A stretch of DNA of 64,000 nt from Sphaerodactylus townsendi (taxonomy: Eukaryota): NCBI RefSeq assembly GCF_021028975.2, contig NC_059426.1, positions 79,856,001 to 79,920,000 of the forward strand. Reading direction: 5' to 3'. The position numbers were made by a program, and so were the translations under genes. How positions within the stretch are numbered: the first letter of the stretch is position 1; the number at the start of each line of letters is the position of its first letter. A model generated the notes under the pieces. The model ran no database searches. It was not told the DNA's origin and worked only from the letters and a program-made list of their open reading frames with translations. Below are positions 25,571 to 38,640 of this stretch, piece after piece.

Positions 25571-28500
25571 GAAAGGGTCATGGTCTTGACTGGGATGCGA
25601 GCAATTAATCTGGTGACAGTAACCATGCTGCATTGAGTACATGTAGAGTCTGTGAAAATGCTGGCATTTTTGGGACAGTTTAACTATAAATAAGGCAAGT
25701 AGTTTTGCATTTCAAATCAATTTTTATAGGTGTCCTCTAAGGCATACAATGGAAATAACTACTGATGATGTTGGTGCACTTTGGATAGCATTTTCAATCC
25801 CTGCTTTTCTCATCCAGTGATTTAATATGTGGAAAAGGTAGGAGGGTTTTTAACTTGGTATTGTTAAACTTGTTGGCAGTAGATTGTGTCACGGAGTCTC
25901 AATTACTGACAAGCACCTAATCCCAAGAGAACAAGGTGAACTCCCAGGCAAGGTTAGGATATGTGGCATGTGAGAAATGTAGGAAGTGAGAGGAGATTCT
26001 AAACTGTAAGTGTCATACTTGGTACTCTTTTTAATGAGCTGTGACTGTGAGGACTGTCAGAACTGTCAGGGCACCAAAGGACCCTTCCTGCTATTATCGA
26101 CAGCCAAGGCGAAGGATGGTGGGACCATCATTTTGGAAATGAAGAAAGGAAATAAGAAATTCAGAAAAGGCCCTGCTTCACTCACCCTCTTCATCCCTTC
26201 TAATGAGTGTCTCTTTATGAAAACTGTGGGGACATATTTTTATAGGTAGCCACTGCTGTCTCTTCACTGCTTTTAAGGTTGCAGACAGTATGAATATTCA
26301 TAGGCAGGCGAGAATCTCTCTCTTTCCCTATATATATCTTAACATAGAGGGATTTAAATTTTGTTTAAAAGCAGGTTGAACTATTTTTAACAAAATAATG
26401 TATTCAAAAGAATTTCCAGGGTGTCCTCTAAAATGGCATTATATTACAGCACCCAGTTTTATATATCATTAAATAAACTGTTCAGAACTGCTGTCTCTGT
26501 CCTCAGCCAGGACCTGACTGCTTGGGTCAATTGACTAAGAGAGAATAAATTGAAATGTAATTTTGACAGGAAGTTACTTTGATTGATAATACATCTCCAT
26601 TGGAGGGGTTTTTACACCCCGCCCTGGATAAAGTTCAACTTTCTCTGATGAATTCTGTGAAGTACTTAGCACCCAACTGTTACTGTGGTAGCCAAGAGTG
26701 CTTTTTAGCAACAATATTTGGTCAATAAGCCTTTTCTTTATTTGGAGACTGGCACAATGACCACACTGATCCATGGAACAGTAACCTCCAGGCTCCTCTA
26801 TTGTATTGCCTTATCATGTGAGGATCTTTGAAGATGGAAACTGCAATGAGAGTAAAGCAAGTGCACAACCCACAAGGTATTGCGGGGCATCTTTTTTCTC
26901 CCACCTCCATTTTTTCTCTTTCCCTTTCCAGAAATCACATAGCCTCTTTTCTCTTCCTGCTGCCTTCTTTCCCACTCATTAGCCAACCTACCTTTATCTA
27001 CAATCCAGTCATCAGCTTTCCCTCCTTCCCTCCTCTAGCAGCCTCTTTCTGGGAAAATTGGCTCAGTGCCTGGTGTGGCCTGTTGCCACAAGTCAGTTGT
27101 GTGATATAGTCAATGGGTTGGACCAGTTGCATAGTGGGGAACCTGCAGAGACTTGCAGGGGGCACCTTGCTTTCCCTGTATCTCTTCCCCACATTAGCTT
27201 GTCACTGCTTCCTCCTGCCACCCTTGTAGCCACCTTTTCCTGATCCCTCCTGTCCTTCCTACTTACCAGTGAACCAGCTTTTTATCTGTCCTCCATCTTC
27301 AGATTGTCATCTGAAACTGTAACCACTATTCCACTTTGACTATAGGTGGGTGGTTGCTTTTGAATAATACAAGCAGCCAGGCCTGTTAGTAGATGCTGCT
27401 GGATTTGGTCCTGATGATTCCTCCCTCAAAGGCTAAAAGAAGCCTGCCCCCTACTGTTGTTATCCAGCTTGGGTCCCAGTTTCCCCAGCTGGAACATGTT
27501 ATTCATCCCTGAGGGATGTGCAGAATTTCCCTGAGAAACTGATTTGGAATTTTCTAAGCTATTTTAGACATCAGAAGAGATTCAATGATATATTCAATGA
27601 TATATTCAATGATAGAGCACGTGTTTTGCATGCAAGAAGGTCTAAAGTTCAACCCTGCCAAATCAAAGGTGTTGAGGAATGTCTCTTTTCTGACATCTGA
27701 GGGAGAGATCTCTCCCTCATCCACCCCCCCCCCACACACACACACGTAGACAGTATTTTAGCAGCACCTGTAATTGGCCCCTAGAAGCATGGGAACAGTG
27801 TTGGAGGTTGCCAACAACAAAGTGGGCATTATTTATTAATTGTTGGAGTTGATTTATTGATTATCTAGAGTGCTCTCCTAGTCTATCATTCTAGAAAGCA
27901 GTATGTGCAGAAAGGGTAGGTGGCATGTGGATTTGTAGAACTACAGCTGTAGCCTTTTGAAAAAAAATTTGGAAGTATAATTTGATATTGACATTGAAGA
28001 TTAATATTTTTCCTCTCTAGTGATTAGTTAACTTTCAGTATTGTTGGATTGTTTAAAGCATAGCAGGGGGATTGAGAGTATGATTTGGTATAGAGCCTGT
28101 ATTTGTTAAAATCCAGCACTTCTGTGGATTGCTGCTGTTGGAAACAAGATGCTAGACTAGGTGGACTTTTGGCCTGACCCATACAGGCTAATGTAATGAG
28201 GAGGGGAAAATATTGTTTTTAATCTTGGAAACAGCACTGACAGATGAAAGAAATAAAATGCAGTGTAATTCACAATAATTCTACAGTAGTACGTGTTATG
28301 TACTTAAGCCCTTCATTGGAGGTAAATCCTACACAGCTCTCAGCTACTTTTACTGCTACAGGACCTATACAAGCAGGAATGACCTATGAATGTCTGTGTC
28401 AGCATAACTGTTTAGACTCATTGGGATAAACTCCACTGAAGCACTGTGCTAGAAGGCTGATTTGGTCATTAAATCTCCAGCATCGTGTATGGGTTTCATT

Positions 28501-28789
28501 TCTTGTGTCACTGATGTGGCCTTTCCTTTTATACCCTGAAGCCATAATCATAAACCTCTTGTGAAGGAATCATGGGGGCTGAAGTATTATAGAGATTTGA
28601 CAAGCTTGAACTTGAAAAACAGGCTCTTTAAGCTCCCAAATGGCTGGCAAACCTGCATACTTTTGGCTTTAATCCTTCAGATATGTCCTGTTTAAATCAA
28701 TCTGCAGTTGGCCCCCTTTTCTTGAGACCAGGTGATGTTTGTTCCTTTTTGGTTTGTTAAGGATAATCTGGTTTGTTAAGGATAATCTG

Positions 28790-29066
28790 TAGGCGGTTAA
28801 GAGCTCATGTATCTAATCTGGAGGAACTGGGTTTGATTCCCAGCTCTGCCGCCTGAGTTGTGGAGGCTTATCTCGGGAATCCAGCAGGGTCACGCCAGCT
28901 GGGTGAACTTGGGCTAGTCACAGCTTCGCGGAGCTCTCTCAGCCCCATCTACCTCACAGGGTGTTTGTTGTGAGGGGGGAAGGGCAAGGAGATTGTAAGT
29001 CCCTTTGAGTCTCCTGCAGGAGAGAAAGGGGGGATATAAATCCAAACTCCTCCTCCTCCTCTTTCT
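28790..29066 (+). mobile_element. Squam3-like SINE
   Basis: Reverse complement of the 16098-16403 element; (tcc)n tail; preceded by a 20-bp tandem duplication tggtttgttaaggataatct. Confidence 0.9.
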
Positions 29067-30516
29067 TAGGGGAATATTTGGCATGGTTTTAAGGTGTATA
29101 CTCAACAGAGAATAAATCCATATTAGCAATATTCTTGTACTCACAACTGGTGTCATTAAAGATGGGCTAAAGGCATGTCTTTCCTGCTTTTGCAGCACTT
29201 GAATATAAATTCACTGAATAGAAAGAAAGGGTATAACAATCTTTTTTAAAAATATAAGTGTAGAAAATGAAGAAGCTGGAAGTGATATACATTTATTTAT
29301 GTAAAGCACACAGATCGCTTAAAAAGCTAAAAGCAATGGGAAAATTAGGTAATTGTAAAATTAATCTCTGGTTTTATTAATATTAGATGAACTATTGAGT
29401 AAAGAGTCAATGGAAACCAAATTTGGAAATACTATGTCATGTTGTACTGTGAAAAAATAAACTCCTTAACTATCTTCCTTGGTCTTTTCCTGTAGTTAAA
29501 GTATCTTTCTTCTTTTCAAAATGTGTTATCCATCTATGAATCATATTGTCTTCTCTTCACTGTACATTGTTGTGATATTATTTATTTATTGGCATTGTAT
29601 TTCCCTAGAAAAATGCCCCTCATTTGGAAAGTATTGAAGTAGTATCAGAAGTAATGATAAGAAAATAGCTTCTGTGTTGGTACAATTCTGATTTTAAAAT
29701 TTGCATATCTGGAGAATAAATTTATTGCACCTGCATTTTTTAGTAATCTGAAGAACATTACTGACTTGTTAATCTCTGAAATGGCAGAAATACATTTAGC
29801 ATTTATTTAAACAACTGCTTCCTTCCTTCCTTCCTTCTCTCCATACGTGAAAACTTAAGCATCTAGATATCAGCATATGTTCAGTGAGTTAATTCTCAGT
29901 GACCTGCCTGATGCATTTATAATGTTGCATTTCCAGCACAAATCAAGAGGATCACATATAACTATTAGGACAGGAGAAATGGATGATCACCTGTTTGAAG
30001 ATGGTTTATCTAGAATGATTCTGTGCTCTCTTTTTTTTGGCATTTTGGGCTACATTATTTGGCCAACTGCCCTCCTGAGCAGTCACTTGTGGCATGAACT
30101 GCTGAATATCATCTTCATTCACGGAGGCTCAGAGAGCACAGATAATGGATATGGCTATTGTTCCTTTCCTTTCTGAGAGATAGGAGTACACTGGCAATGA
30201 AGGATTCCCTGCTGCTAGTTCTGTAGCTTAACCAGCCATCTTCTGTTTGCTGAAACAAAAACAGATGCTGGACACCCAGGGTAGTCACATTCCTGCTGCC
30301 AGACATTGATGCAACATGGTGTGAATCATTTGGAACGTTGTTCACTGATCCTCACCTGCTTCCTCCTTCAGTACTACTTATGCACATACAAAAGATCCTT
30401 AAATTAAATATGCTGTATGGATTTGGACTTTGTTAACAATTAGGATTTGCTTCTTTCAGTCATTGTGCTTTATGAAGAATACTCTGGCGTGTATAACTCC
30501 ATCCCTAATTTAAGCT

Positions 30517-30583
30517 ACTGAAAAAAAGATCTTTTTCAGACTGAAAAAAAGATCTTTTACTGAAAAAAAGATCTTTTTCAGAC
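30517..30583. repeat. Tandem triplication of a ~23-bp quasi-palindromic unit
   Basis: actgaaaaaaagatctttt(tcag) x3. Confidence 0.9.
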
Positions 30584-30809
30584 CTGTTTATTTGGCCCAT
30601 TGACAAAACGTATGTCTTTGAGAAAGATATGTGAGCAGAGTGGGGCCACAAGGCTTACTACAGTAAACTGCACACTTACTTGTAGCAGTCACAGTCTTCT
30701 TGGTAGTAGAGTAAAAAAAAACCCAGAATAATCCTTTTCTATTTGCACTGCTGTTTCTGTAAAAGATGAGCAATTGTCGCCTTAAGCTGTACGACTGGAA
30801 ACACAGTAT

Positions 30810-30992
30810 TAGGGTTGCCAACCTCCAGGTGATGCCTGGGGAATTGCCACAATTACGACTGATCTCTGAACTACTGATATCAGTTTCCCTGAACTGGCTT
30901 TGGAAGGTGGACTTTGCAAGGTCCCTCTCCTCCCCAAACCCCTCCTCCCCACGAATCTCCAGGAATTTCCCAAATCGAATTTGGTAATCCTA
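30810..30992 (+). mobile_element. hAT-like MITE with tagggttgcca termini
   Basis: tagggttgccaa...ttggtaatccta; relatives at ~42056-42283, 49035-49245, 50330-50523. Confidence 0.7.
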
Positions 30993-33175
30993 ACTGGTCT
31001 GCTCTTTTGCTTTCTCCATCAGACGTACAGCTTAATATGTGGAGACTCATCCTTTGTTTATCAGTTGTTTTCTAATGTCCCTCAAAAAATATATATATCT
31101 TGGTCTTTCTGCCCTAATGCTAAAAACATCCATTGTAGCAGCAAGAAACTGAAATTTAGCAAACAGCACTCTGGCATTGCATAACTAAATTACTTTTAGA
31201 ATAAGATAGACTTTGCATTTTCCCCTCCCATTCCCCAGACCCACCCACCCCCCGGCAAAAAAAGCCCACTAATGAACCACAGGTTTGTACACAAGCAAGG
31301 AATTCACTACAAAGCCTCAGAGAAATATGCAAAAATATTTGCATGGATATAAATTTACATGTATATGGCAAGCACAATACCACAGGAGTGTTAAGATTCC
31401 TGAATTATATGGTTGTGAAATTTCAGTTTACCCCTAATTTTCCTTGGGTAGTATGTGTGTATAATTGACTTCTCTATTTAAGCTTACCTGGAATTAAATG
31501 TCTATGCCTCCTCAAGTATAAATAAGAAAAGGCAAAATAGATAATGCCTAACTTGTTCTTCCCTACAGCACAGAGATACAAGTATCTAAAAGAATATGGT
31601 TACATGGGTCTAAATAATGTAAGGACAGGGCAGTGGCTGCATTTCACATTTGGGAAAGTGGTGAGGATAAGTAGGCTTTCCATAGTCACAAACAGGATAA
31701 ATCCAAGAAGCGGTTTGCCTCCTGATAACTTTTGATGTCTTGTAGTTTTGGGAAACCATTTACCCTTTGATAATTTTGTTATAAGGCCCAGAAAGGATAT
31801 ACCTTGGTTGCCGTGGTGGAATCCATTTCTTAGCAAAAGTTAAAAGTAACAGATTCTGAGTGGATGTTCCATTTGTGAGTTTTGTTTGAACAGAGAATAT
31901 TTTAGTCTTGCTGTCCCCTAGTTCTTCTGGGGCATTGGAAACTGTGCTCAATAAAGTGGGATGGTTCTGTGGTTGCAATTTATGTTGTTTATTTTGTTAA
32001 AATATTTATATCTCACCTTTCCTCATGGTTCAAAACATTTTCAGTGAAAACTAAATAAAATAGCAAGCCCAAAGTCTCTCTCCCTTCCCTTTTTAAAAGC
32101 CTGCCACGCCACAGCCCTCCCTGCTGGCTCCCATAAGTGGGGGACACGAGGGAGCCAGGGAGTATGTGTGGGGAGCCAGTCATGCCCCCGGGTGCCATTT
32201 AGACCTGGTACGCCACTGCTTGTCTGGATTCAGCATCCATATTCAGGATTGACCATAAAAAAGGACAAGCAGGGACTTCTAACACCTCAGGTACCAGATC
32301 TGCCCTCAACTTTGACTCGAAGTGTGACTGGATGAGAGAGATTTTGTCATCAAAGAACTCTGCGGAAACATCATAGCTGTGGCCAAATTTTCATTGCTGA
32401 ACACAGGTTTATCAAGTCACTAACCTCTTTAATAAATTGAGCTGAATGAAATTCTGCTGACATAATAGTATCAAAGTCTTCTTCGCCGCCATCACCCCCA
32501 CCTCATAGGTCTGCAAAAGGGCTCTATGCTCTGTTTGATTCATTCTGAGTCTTCTGCTCTAATGTGATTCTAGTTATCTTCCAGTCTGTTTCACACTGCT
32601 TCGTAGAGGTTAACGCCTGACGATTTCAATATTTGAAGTGCAAGGAATGTTCCTTTAAAATAAGTCCAGTAATTAATCAATTACTTCCTCCCTCCCTCCC
32701 TTTTCAGCTTGTGGTTCAGGCATATGGAGCTATTTGCTCTGCATGCAGCTTTGTTCACTTTACCTGTTCTCTGTTAGTGGCTTGTCATGGTTCAAGTCGT
32801 GAAGGACGGCTCTTATTATAGGATGCTCTAGCAAGTGGGCAGATGGTCCTGCCTGGAAGCTTTTGCAAGAGTCAGGACCATGACCTAAAATGGCAATACC
32901 TTTTGGGAATTTTCAGGATGTTGTTTTTGCTTGTAGGGAAAATTCAAAATCCTGAAATCTCTGCTGCCAGTAAATGAAGGAAGCAAAGCTGTTCATGCTC
33001 TTTTACTTTCAGAAAAATTATTCTGTACATTAAGTTTTAAACAGTGTTGTCAGTCCTGTAGTATAATGAAAACTGGATATCTGAATTCATCTGGTAAATA
33101 TTATTTAGCATGCCTTTCCTTGCTCTAAACTCTGGAAACAGAGAGCAAAAAGTAACAAGCTATTCAATATCAAAC

Positions 33176-33296
33176 CAGTGGTGGGATTCAGCAGGTTTGC
33201 ACCACTTCGGCAGAACCAGTTGTTAAAATGGTGCTTGTAAAAAACCAGTTGTTAAATTATTTGAATCCCATCACCGGAACCGGTTGTTAAATTTTA
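33176..33296. mobile_element. Small hAT-like MITE (cagtggtgggattca)
   Basis: cagtggtgggattca...tgaatcccatcaccg inverted ends; three aacc(a/g)gttgttaaa units. Confidence 0.7.
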
Positions 33297-33976
33297 AATC
33301 TCTATTGAAAAAGTAGAGTTTTTGTCAAGCTAAACTTATGCAGCCTAGTGAGTGCATTAAAAGCCCTGCTACAAAGAGAAGTATAAGTTATTTGTACTAT
33401 CATATTACTTTCCTTGTGGCTTATATTGCTTTTATCTAAATTGATGCAAATATGGAAGGAGAAGGCAGGGAAAGGAGGAACTCCATGCCTTCATTTTGCA
33501 AAAACATCTGCTGAAAATAGTGTGGCTGCAGAGCTGGAAACAGTTTCCGTAACCAGTCTATCATTCAACTTGTAACATAATTGTCTGGACAAATAATGCT
33601 TTCCTCCTTTCTCTTGTATCTGCTTCACCAGATGAATGGGATAGATAATAGCTACTTGTTTGCTGATCTTTTGAATGATATTTTACCATTGTCTTAAGAC
33701 TTCATTTGAGTAAACTAAGTATACTAGGCTTTGCTGAAAAAAAAGCACCTGTGTTCCCAATCACCCAGTAGACTGTGCTGGGAAATATGAATTTGACAAT
33801 TCTGTAGGCCTTTGAGCTGAAGCGACTGAGCTAAATATTATAACCACGTTGTCACTGCATACAGGCTGCTTGCTTTTAAGTGCTGGACAAGCAGCTCCTT
33901 TCACAGGGACATCAATTTTTGTGCCTAGTCATTTCAGCTGGTTGCATCATACAGGCAGGTTTTGAATGTCTTCTGA

Positions 33977-33990
33977 GTAACCATGGCAAC
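33977..33990. promoter_or_regulatory. RFX X-box motif
   Basis: gtaaccatggcaac matches the X-box consensus in non-repeat DNA; function untested. Confidence 0.45.
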
Positions 33991-34771
33991 TGAGAGCCAT
34001 TTAAATTTGCTGAAGGAGAATAAATTCTTCCCCCTCTAAACTCTAAATGAAATCGGCAGAAAAGGAGATATACCAGCAAACTGCTTTGCTGATGTAAAGA
34101 GCAGTAACTCCATGATTCCAGTAGTGTTAGCTATTTATATCAGTTGAGGATCTCCCTAAATGTGGGGACCAAATTTAGAACTCTCACAAATGAGCATAAT
34201 TTCCTGCGGCTAGGTCAGAATTGCACTTATTTATGCAGAAGTTGTTAGCTTTTGTATACGTTTGTGCTTGATGCACACCTAATCTTGTTTATATGTGGCA
34301 GTGAATATATAGTACAGGGCCTGTGTGAGGATAAAACCACAAGCTGAGAAGGATCTAATTCAACCCCCTGCTCTGGCAGAATAACCAGAGTATCCAATAT
34401 ATCTTTGTCAGTTTATGTCTCAGATGATTCTCCAGCCTGCTCAAAAGCTTATTCCTTCCTCACCATCATCATAAAGTAATATAAAAGTACAGTAGGCAGT
34501 GTACAGTGGAGAAAGGTAAGCCAGGTCCTTCTTTCAGGTTTGCAACTAAAAACACAAAACAAAAGGAGAAAGAACATACACATGAAGGGGAAAGGAAACC
34601 TTTGCCCTTTGGAGACAAAGCTATAGGAAAGGTGGAACACCTCAAAATTCTAAGTGGGAACTAATATTGAAGAATAATATCATGAAGGAAATTCAAGGTA
34701 AACAACAGTAAACACTTTCTTCTCTCTCTTTTTACTTCTGTGATTTGGTGTTCCAGATTCTTTGAAAGATT

Positions 34772-35323
34772 GGCCTTTTCCACATACACCATTTAAAACA
34801 TTTTTCTGGATGGAAGTGAAACATTTTCTCCACAGAGTTCTGCATTATTTCCCCCCCTAAATGTTTCCAAGCAGCTTTTTCTCTGATTTTAAAAAAATCC
34901 CTTTTAAAATTATTCTTTAGACTGAAACATTTCCAAACTGTCTTCTCTCGCTGTGTGGTCATATTGAAAATGTTTTATTATTGCCACTGCCATTTTCCAC
35001 GCCTCTGTGCCATTGCCCAATGTCCCCCTTGGCACCATTTTTTTGTGTCCCTGACTTTACTACTTTCCCTCGCACCTTTATTTTGGGTTTTTGTTGCTGC
35101 TGCTGCTGTTTGATTGAATCTCTAAAGCATCGATTAAACAGAGCTACAGAGAATCAAAGCAAAGAATCAATGAAACCTTGTTTTTATGGATACCCCCTCT
35201 CGACCGACCGCCCCCCACACCAGATATGAAATGTTTGGAGAAGGTAAATGGGGACAGAAATCTTGGTAAAGGGTTTTTTGAAAATATTCTTGAAATGTTT
35301 TAAGCAACTTGCACGGAAAAGAC
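34772..35323. mobile_element. Old Harbinger-like MITE
   Basis: ggccttttccacat ... gcacggaaaagac imperfect TIRs; aaacatttt/aaaatgttt units. Confidence 0.45.
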
Positions 35324-35331
35324 AACTGTTA

Positions 35332-35471
35332 GGCGGATTCCGCATGGGCCAAAAGCAGTGGTGTGAAAATGGTGTGAAAACAGTGTAAAGCCTTTTACAC
35401 CATTTTAAACAATTTCACACCGTTTTCACACCGTTTTCACACTGTTGTTTTTGGCTCATGCAGAATCCGCC
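35332..35471. mobile_element. PIF/Harbinger MITE
   Basis: TIRs ggcggattccgcatg / catgcagaatccgcc; TTA TSD on both sides; palindromic ggtgtgaaaa units. Confidence 0.9.
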
Positions 35472-35885
35472 TTAGAGTCAAATTTGATGACTCTCATCAC
35501 TAGAAATATAAAGTTTTGTTCAGCTTTTCCTATCTACCTGCTAGCTTTTTCTGATGACAACTAATAGTATTTGGCATGTTTTCTCAAGAGTAAATCTTAT
35601 GAAGTTCAGCTTCTTCCCAGTATGCTTGCATAGCACAACTGGGCTTTTAGAGTTTAATCTTCAGAGTCTTCATGCATTGAATATTCTCTGAGCTCTGACA
35701 GTGTAAAATACTCTATAACACCTGATTATTCTACAGTGCCACCAAATAATTATTAAGTTAAGGATGTACAATAGAATGTCATGGCCTGTGGAATTGTCAG
35801 TGACTAAGTAGTTGTGTGGTACAAAGTTAATTGGATGATAAAATTCCCTATATTAATTGATGTTGTTTACTTGGTGCCATTGTTA

Positions 35886-36881
35886 TCTATCTATCTATAT
35901 AAAAAGCTAACAGTGTTTTTGTTGATGATAGTATAACTCAGTAACTGCTGGGCCAATTCCTCTGAAAATTCCCAGCCACTATAGTCAGCCAGGTGAGAGT
36001 GTTTTTAGATGTTCACATACCTGAAAATTCACACTTGGCCCAGGTAAAACGCCTTTTTCCTGGCGCTTCATGGTGAAGGACATGTGTGTAACTGTCACCC
36101 TTAGAATGTTCGTACTGCTTAGAATGTTCACTCAGATGGCCAGATATGAGCAGTGGAAACAGTACATAGGCAGTAACTCGAGTGGAAGTGAAACACATAC
36201 ACACACATACACACGAAGGAGAGGGGAGGGAGGGAGAGGGAGGGATGGCATGCAAGGGAAGAGAGGGAGGGAGAGGAAAGGGATGGAGGGGGAGGCATGC
36301 AAGGGAAGAGAAGTGAGAGAGGGGAGAGAGTGAGGGGTGGCATGCAAGGGAGGGGAGGCAGGGGGCCCAGTATCTTGATATGACCCACCCACCCTAGCAG
36401 AGGGAAAGTGAAGGGAGGGAGGGGGAGGGGTGGCATGCAAGGGAAGAGAAGTGAGGGAGGGAAGAGAGTGAGGGGCGACATGCAGGGGACAGGAGGGAGG
36501 GGCCAGGCACCCTAGATTCCCTCAATACTGTGGTTACAATTAAGAAAACCGGGCACGCATTACTCAGGAGTAAGCTCGGTACAGCAACTGTGACATACTT
36601 TGAATGGCTGTGTTGCGCCCCTCAGAGGGTTTCCTCAGATGTGACACCCAAACTTACTCCCAGGTAAAGGATCATGACCAGCCAGCCTAGATGTGTGTGA
36701 GGGGTGCCTTTCCATTCCCCCCCCCAAGGAATGTGGGCACACACATCACTGACATCTCACAGTATCAGGCTGCGTGTTTGCATGAGCACATACTGCTGGC
36801 CTCTGCAATTGATTTGCTGCTACTGTTCCTTTCCCATTTCACCACAATAAGCCACAGCAACGCATGGCCAGGCCCCGCTAG
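35886..36881 (+). mobile_element. Non-autonomous Helitron
   Basis: A|TC 5' start, subterminal hairpin gccacagcaacgcatggc, CTAG|T 3' end, no TSD; homologous to 3015-4255; purine-rich internal minisatellite 36215-36500. Confidence 0.9.
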
Positions 36882-38358
36882 TATTAATATAAAAGTATCT
36901 AGTGAAGGTTTTTGGGGGGAGGGGACATTGTGTCTTGTTTTTAAAGTATGTTTTGTTTTGAATTTTTGTTAAATGTTGCTTGTATTGGGAGTAACACTTT
37001 TGTCCTTTGGTGGTTTTAGAATGAATGAAAAACATATCCTTCATTCTTACACTGAAAATTGTTGAAATATGCTGGAGATTGTATAATATATTTTTGCTAG
37101 TAAAGGAAGGCTTGCATTGATTTGTGAAGGGGCTTACAAAAGAAATGGTTTGCCAAGGTAGCGTTGGGTAAATCAGTTCATCCTGATGGTCAGCTGTTTT
37201 AGCCTTTTAATTGAAGGGTAGCAGATCATGTTATTTTGCACTAGACTGTTTGGTAAACTTGGGTATTAATTTGTGTTATGTATTTTTTGCCTTTGCCTTT
37301 GTTCTTCTGTAAAGCATCTTAAGAAATTCGGGTGTCCAGAATGTCAGCACTGTTGACATAAACTATTCACCTAATACCCAGCAGGAACCACTTACATTGA
37401 CATAATGGTTTTCTAGCAGACTTGCTTGATCCTTACATTGGACAGCATTATAGTTACATCAGTGCAAGTTACTGGGTGCATCATATTTTGAGAATTGGGG
37501 AGATAAATGTTGTTTAGCAAAATACAGAATGTAATCACAGAGTTTTATTTGTATCTGTCATAGTCAATAGCAAAATGTAATTTGGATGATAACATGAAAT
37601 TTAGATGATAATGCATATTTCCAGGTTACTTCTCTGAGCAGCTCTTTTCAGCTATTGATGTTTTTGTTGGCTACATAGATTTTGGCGCAGGCTAATTTTA
37701 TAGCTCTGATGTTATTCTGGTTGTTTAAACTCTTTTATTATTAAGATTGTTTCATCTGTTAGTTTATTGATTAATTGAATAATTATCTAAATGCATGTTA
37801 ACACTGATTTCAATTAACATTTAACACATGGCTGTAGTGGATCTCAAACCCAACAAATCTTTTTTTTCTTCTCTCCTGATTGTCTTCTATCCAGTGTAGA
37901 TTAGAACAATATACATGTTTTTTTTAATTTCAGTAGTTAAACAGAATATTATTTAATATAAAAACAACTCGCAGGCAAAGAATGAGCATGCCTGTAGAAG
38001 TGCATCGGGGGGGGGGGGAGCCCTGTCCCAAAGGGTTGGTGCAGGGGAGCAGGGGGTGGGGTGATTTTTGCACACACACATCCTGCCACTGAGCCTGGGG
38101 TCATCTGACTCCCCCTGTCATCATACTGAGGCCCAAGTGATATGTTTTAGCACCCCTTTTCAGAAAAGCAAAACCTGTTTCAAGTAAGGCTCATCGACCT
38201 CAGAGAAGTATTGAGATGCATATGTATTTTGAATATTTGACTTAATTTTTGATCCTGTACTCTCCATTAAATATGTCTCCATGAGTCAGTTCACTCTGTG
38301 TGTATGTGTAAATGTTTGTATATTACTCTCTCTCCCCCTATTGTTTCCCTACTTTTAA

Positions 38359-38640
38359 GAGAGCCAGTGAGGTGTAGTGCTTAAAATGTTGGATTAGGAT
38401 CTGAGAAACCCAGGTTCAAATCTCCATTCTGCCATAGAAGCTTGCCGGATGACCTAGGGCCAGTCATACACTCTCAGACTCGATCCAGGTTAGTATCTGG
38501 ATAGGGGACCTCCAAGGAATACCAGGAGTGTGATGTGGAAGCAGGCAATGATAAGTGACCATTTAATATCTCTTGCTTTGAAAACCTTTACAGAGGTTAC
38601 CATAAGTCACATTTGTGCTGTGACTTGACAGTACACACAC
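38359..38640 (+). mobile_element. Composite SINE: tRNA/MIR-type head + partial 5S-derived/Sauria-type SINE
   Basis: ggtgtagtg...ggttcaaatc head; ggttagtatctggataggggacc...ggaataccagg resembles 5S rRNA 3' half; ccataagtca...gtgacttgacag tail. Confidence 0.65.

Noticed and set aside
26180-26240. Minus-strand 38-nt exon candidate (cag|...|gtgagt)
   Set aside because: Weak acceptor, no partner exons, peptide not recognised
27615-27665. tRNA gene
   Set aside because: Only a decayed tRNA-like SINE head; no cloverleaf
30517-30583. CRISPR-like array
   Set aside because: Eukaryotic DNA, no spacers, no cas genes
34262-34272. miR-218-like 5' sequence ttgtgcttgat
   Set aside because: Match stops after 11 nt; no hairpin
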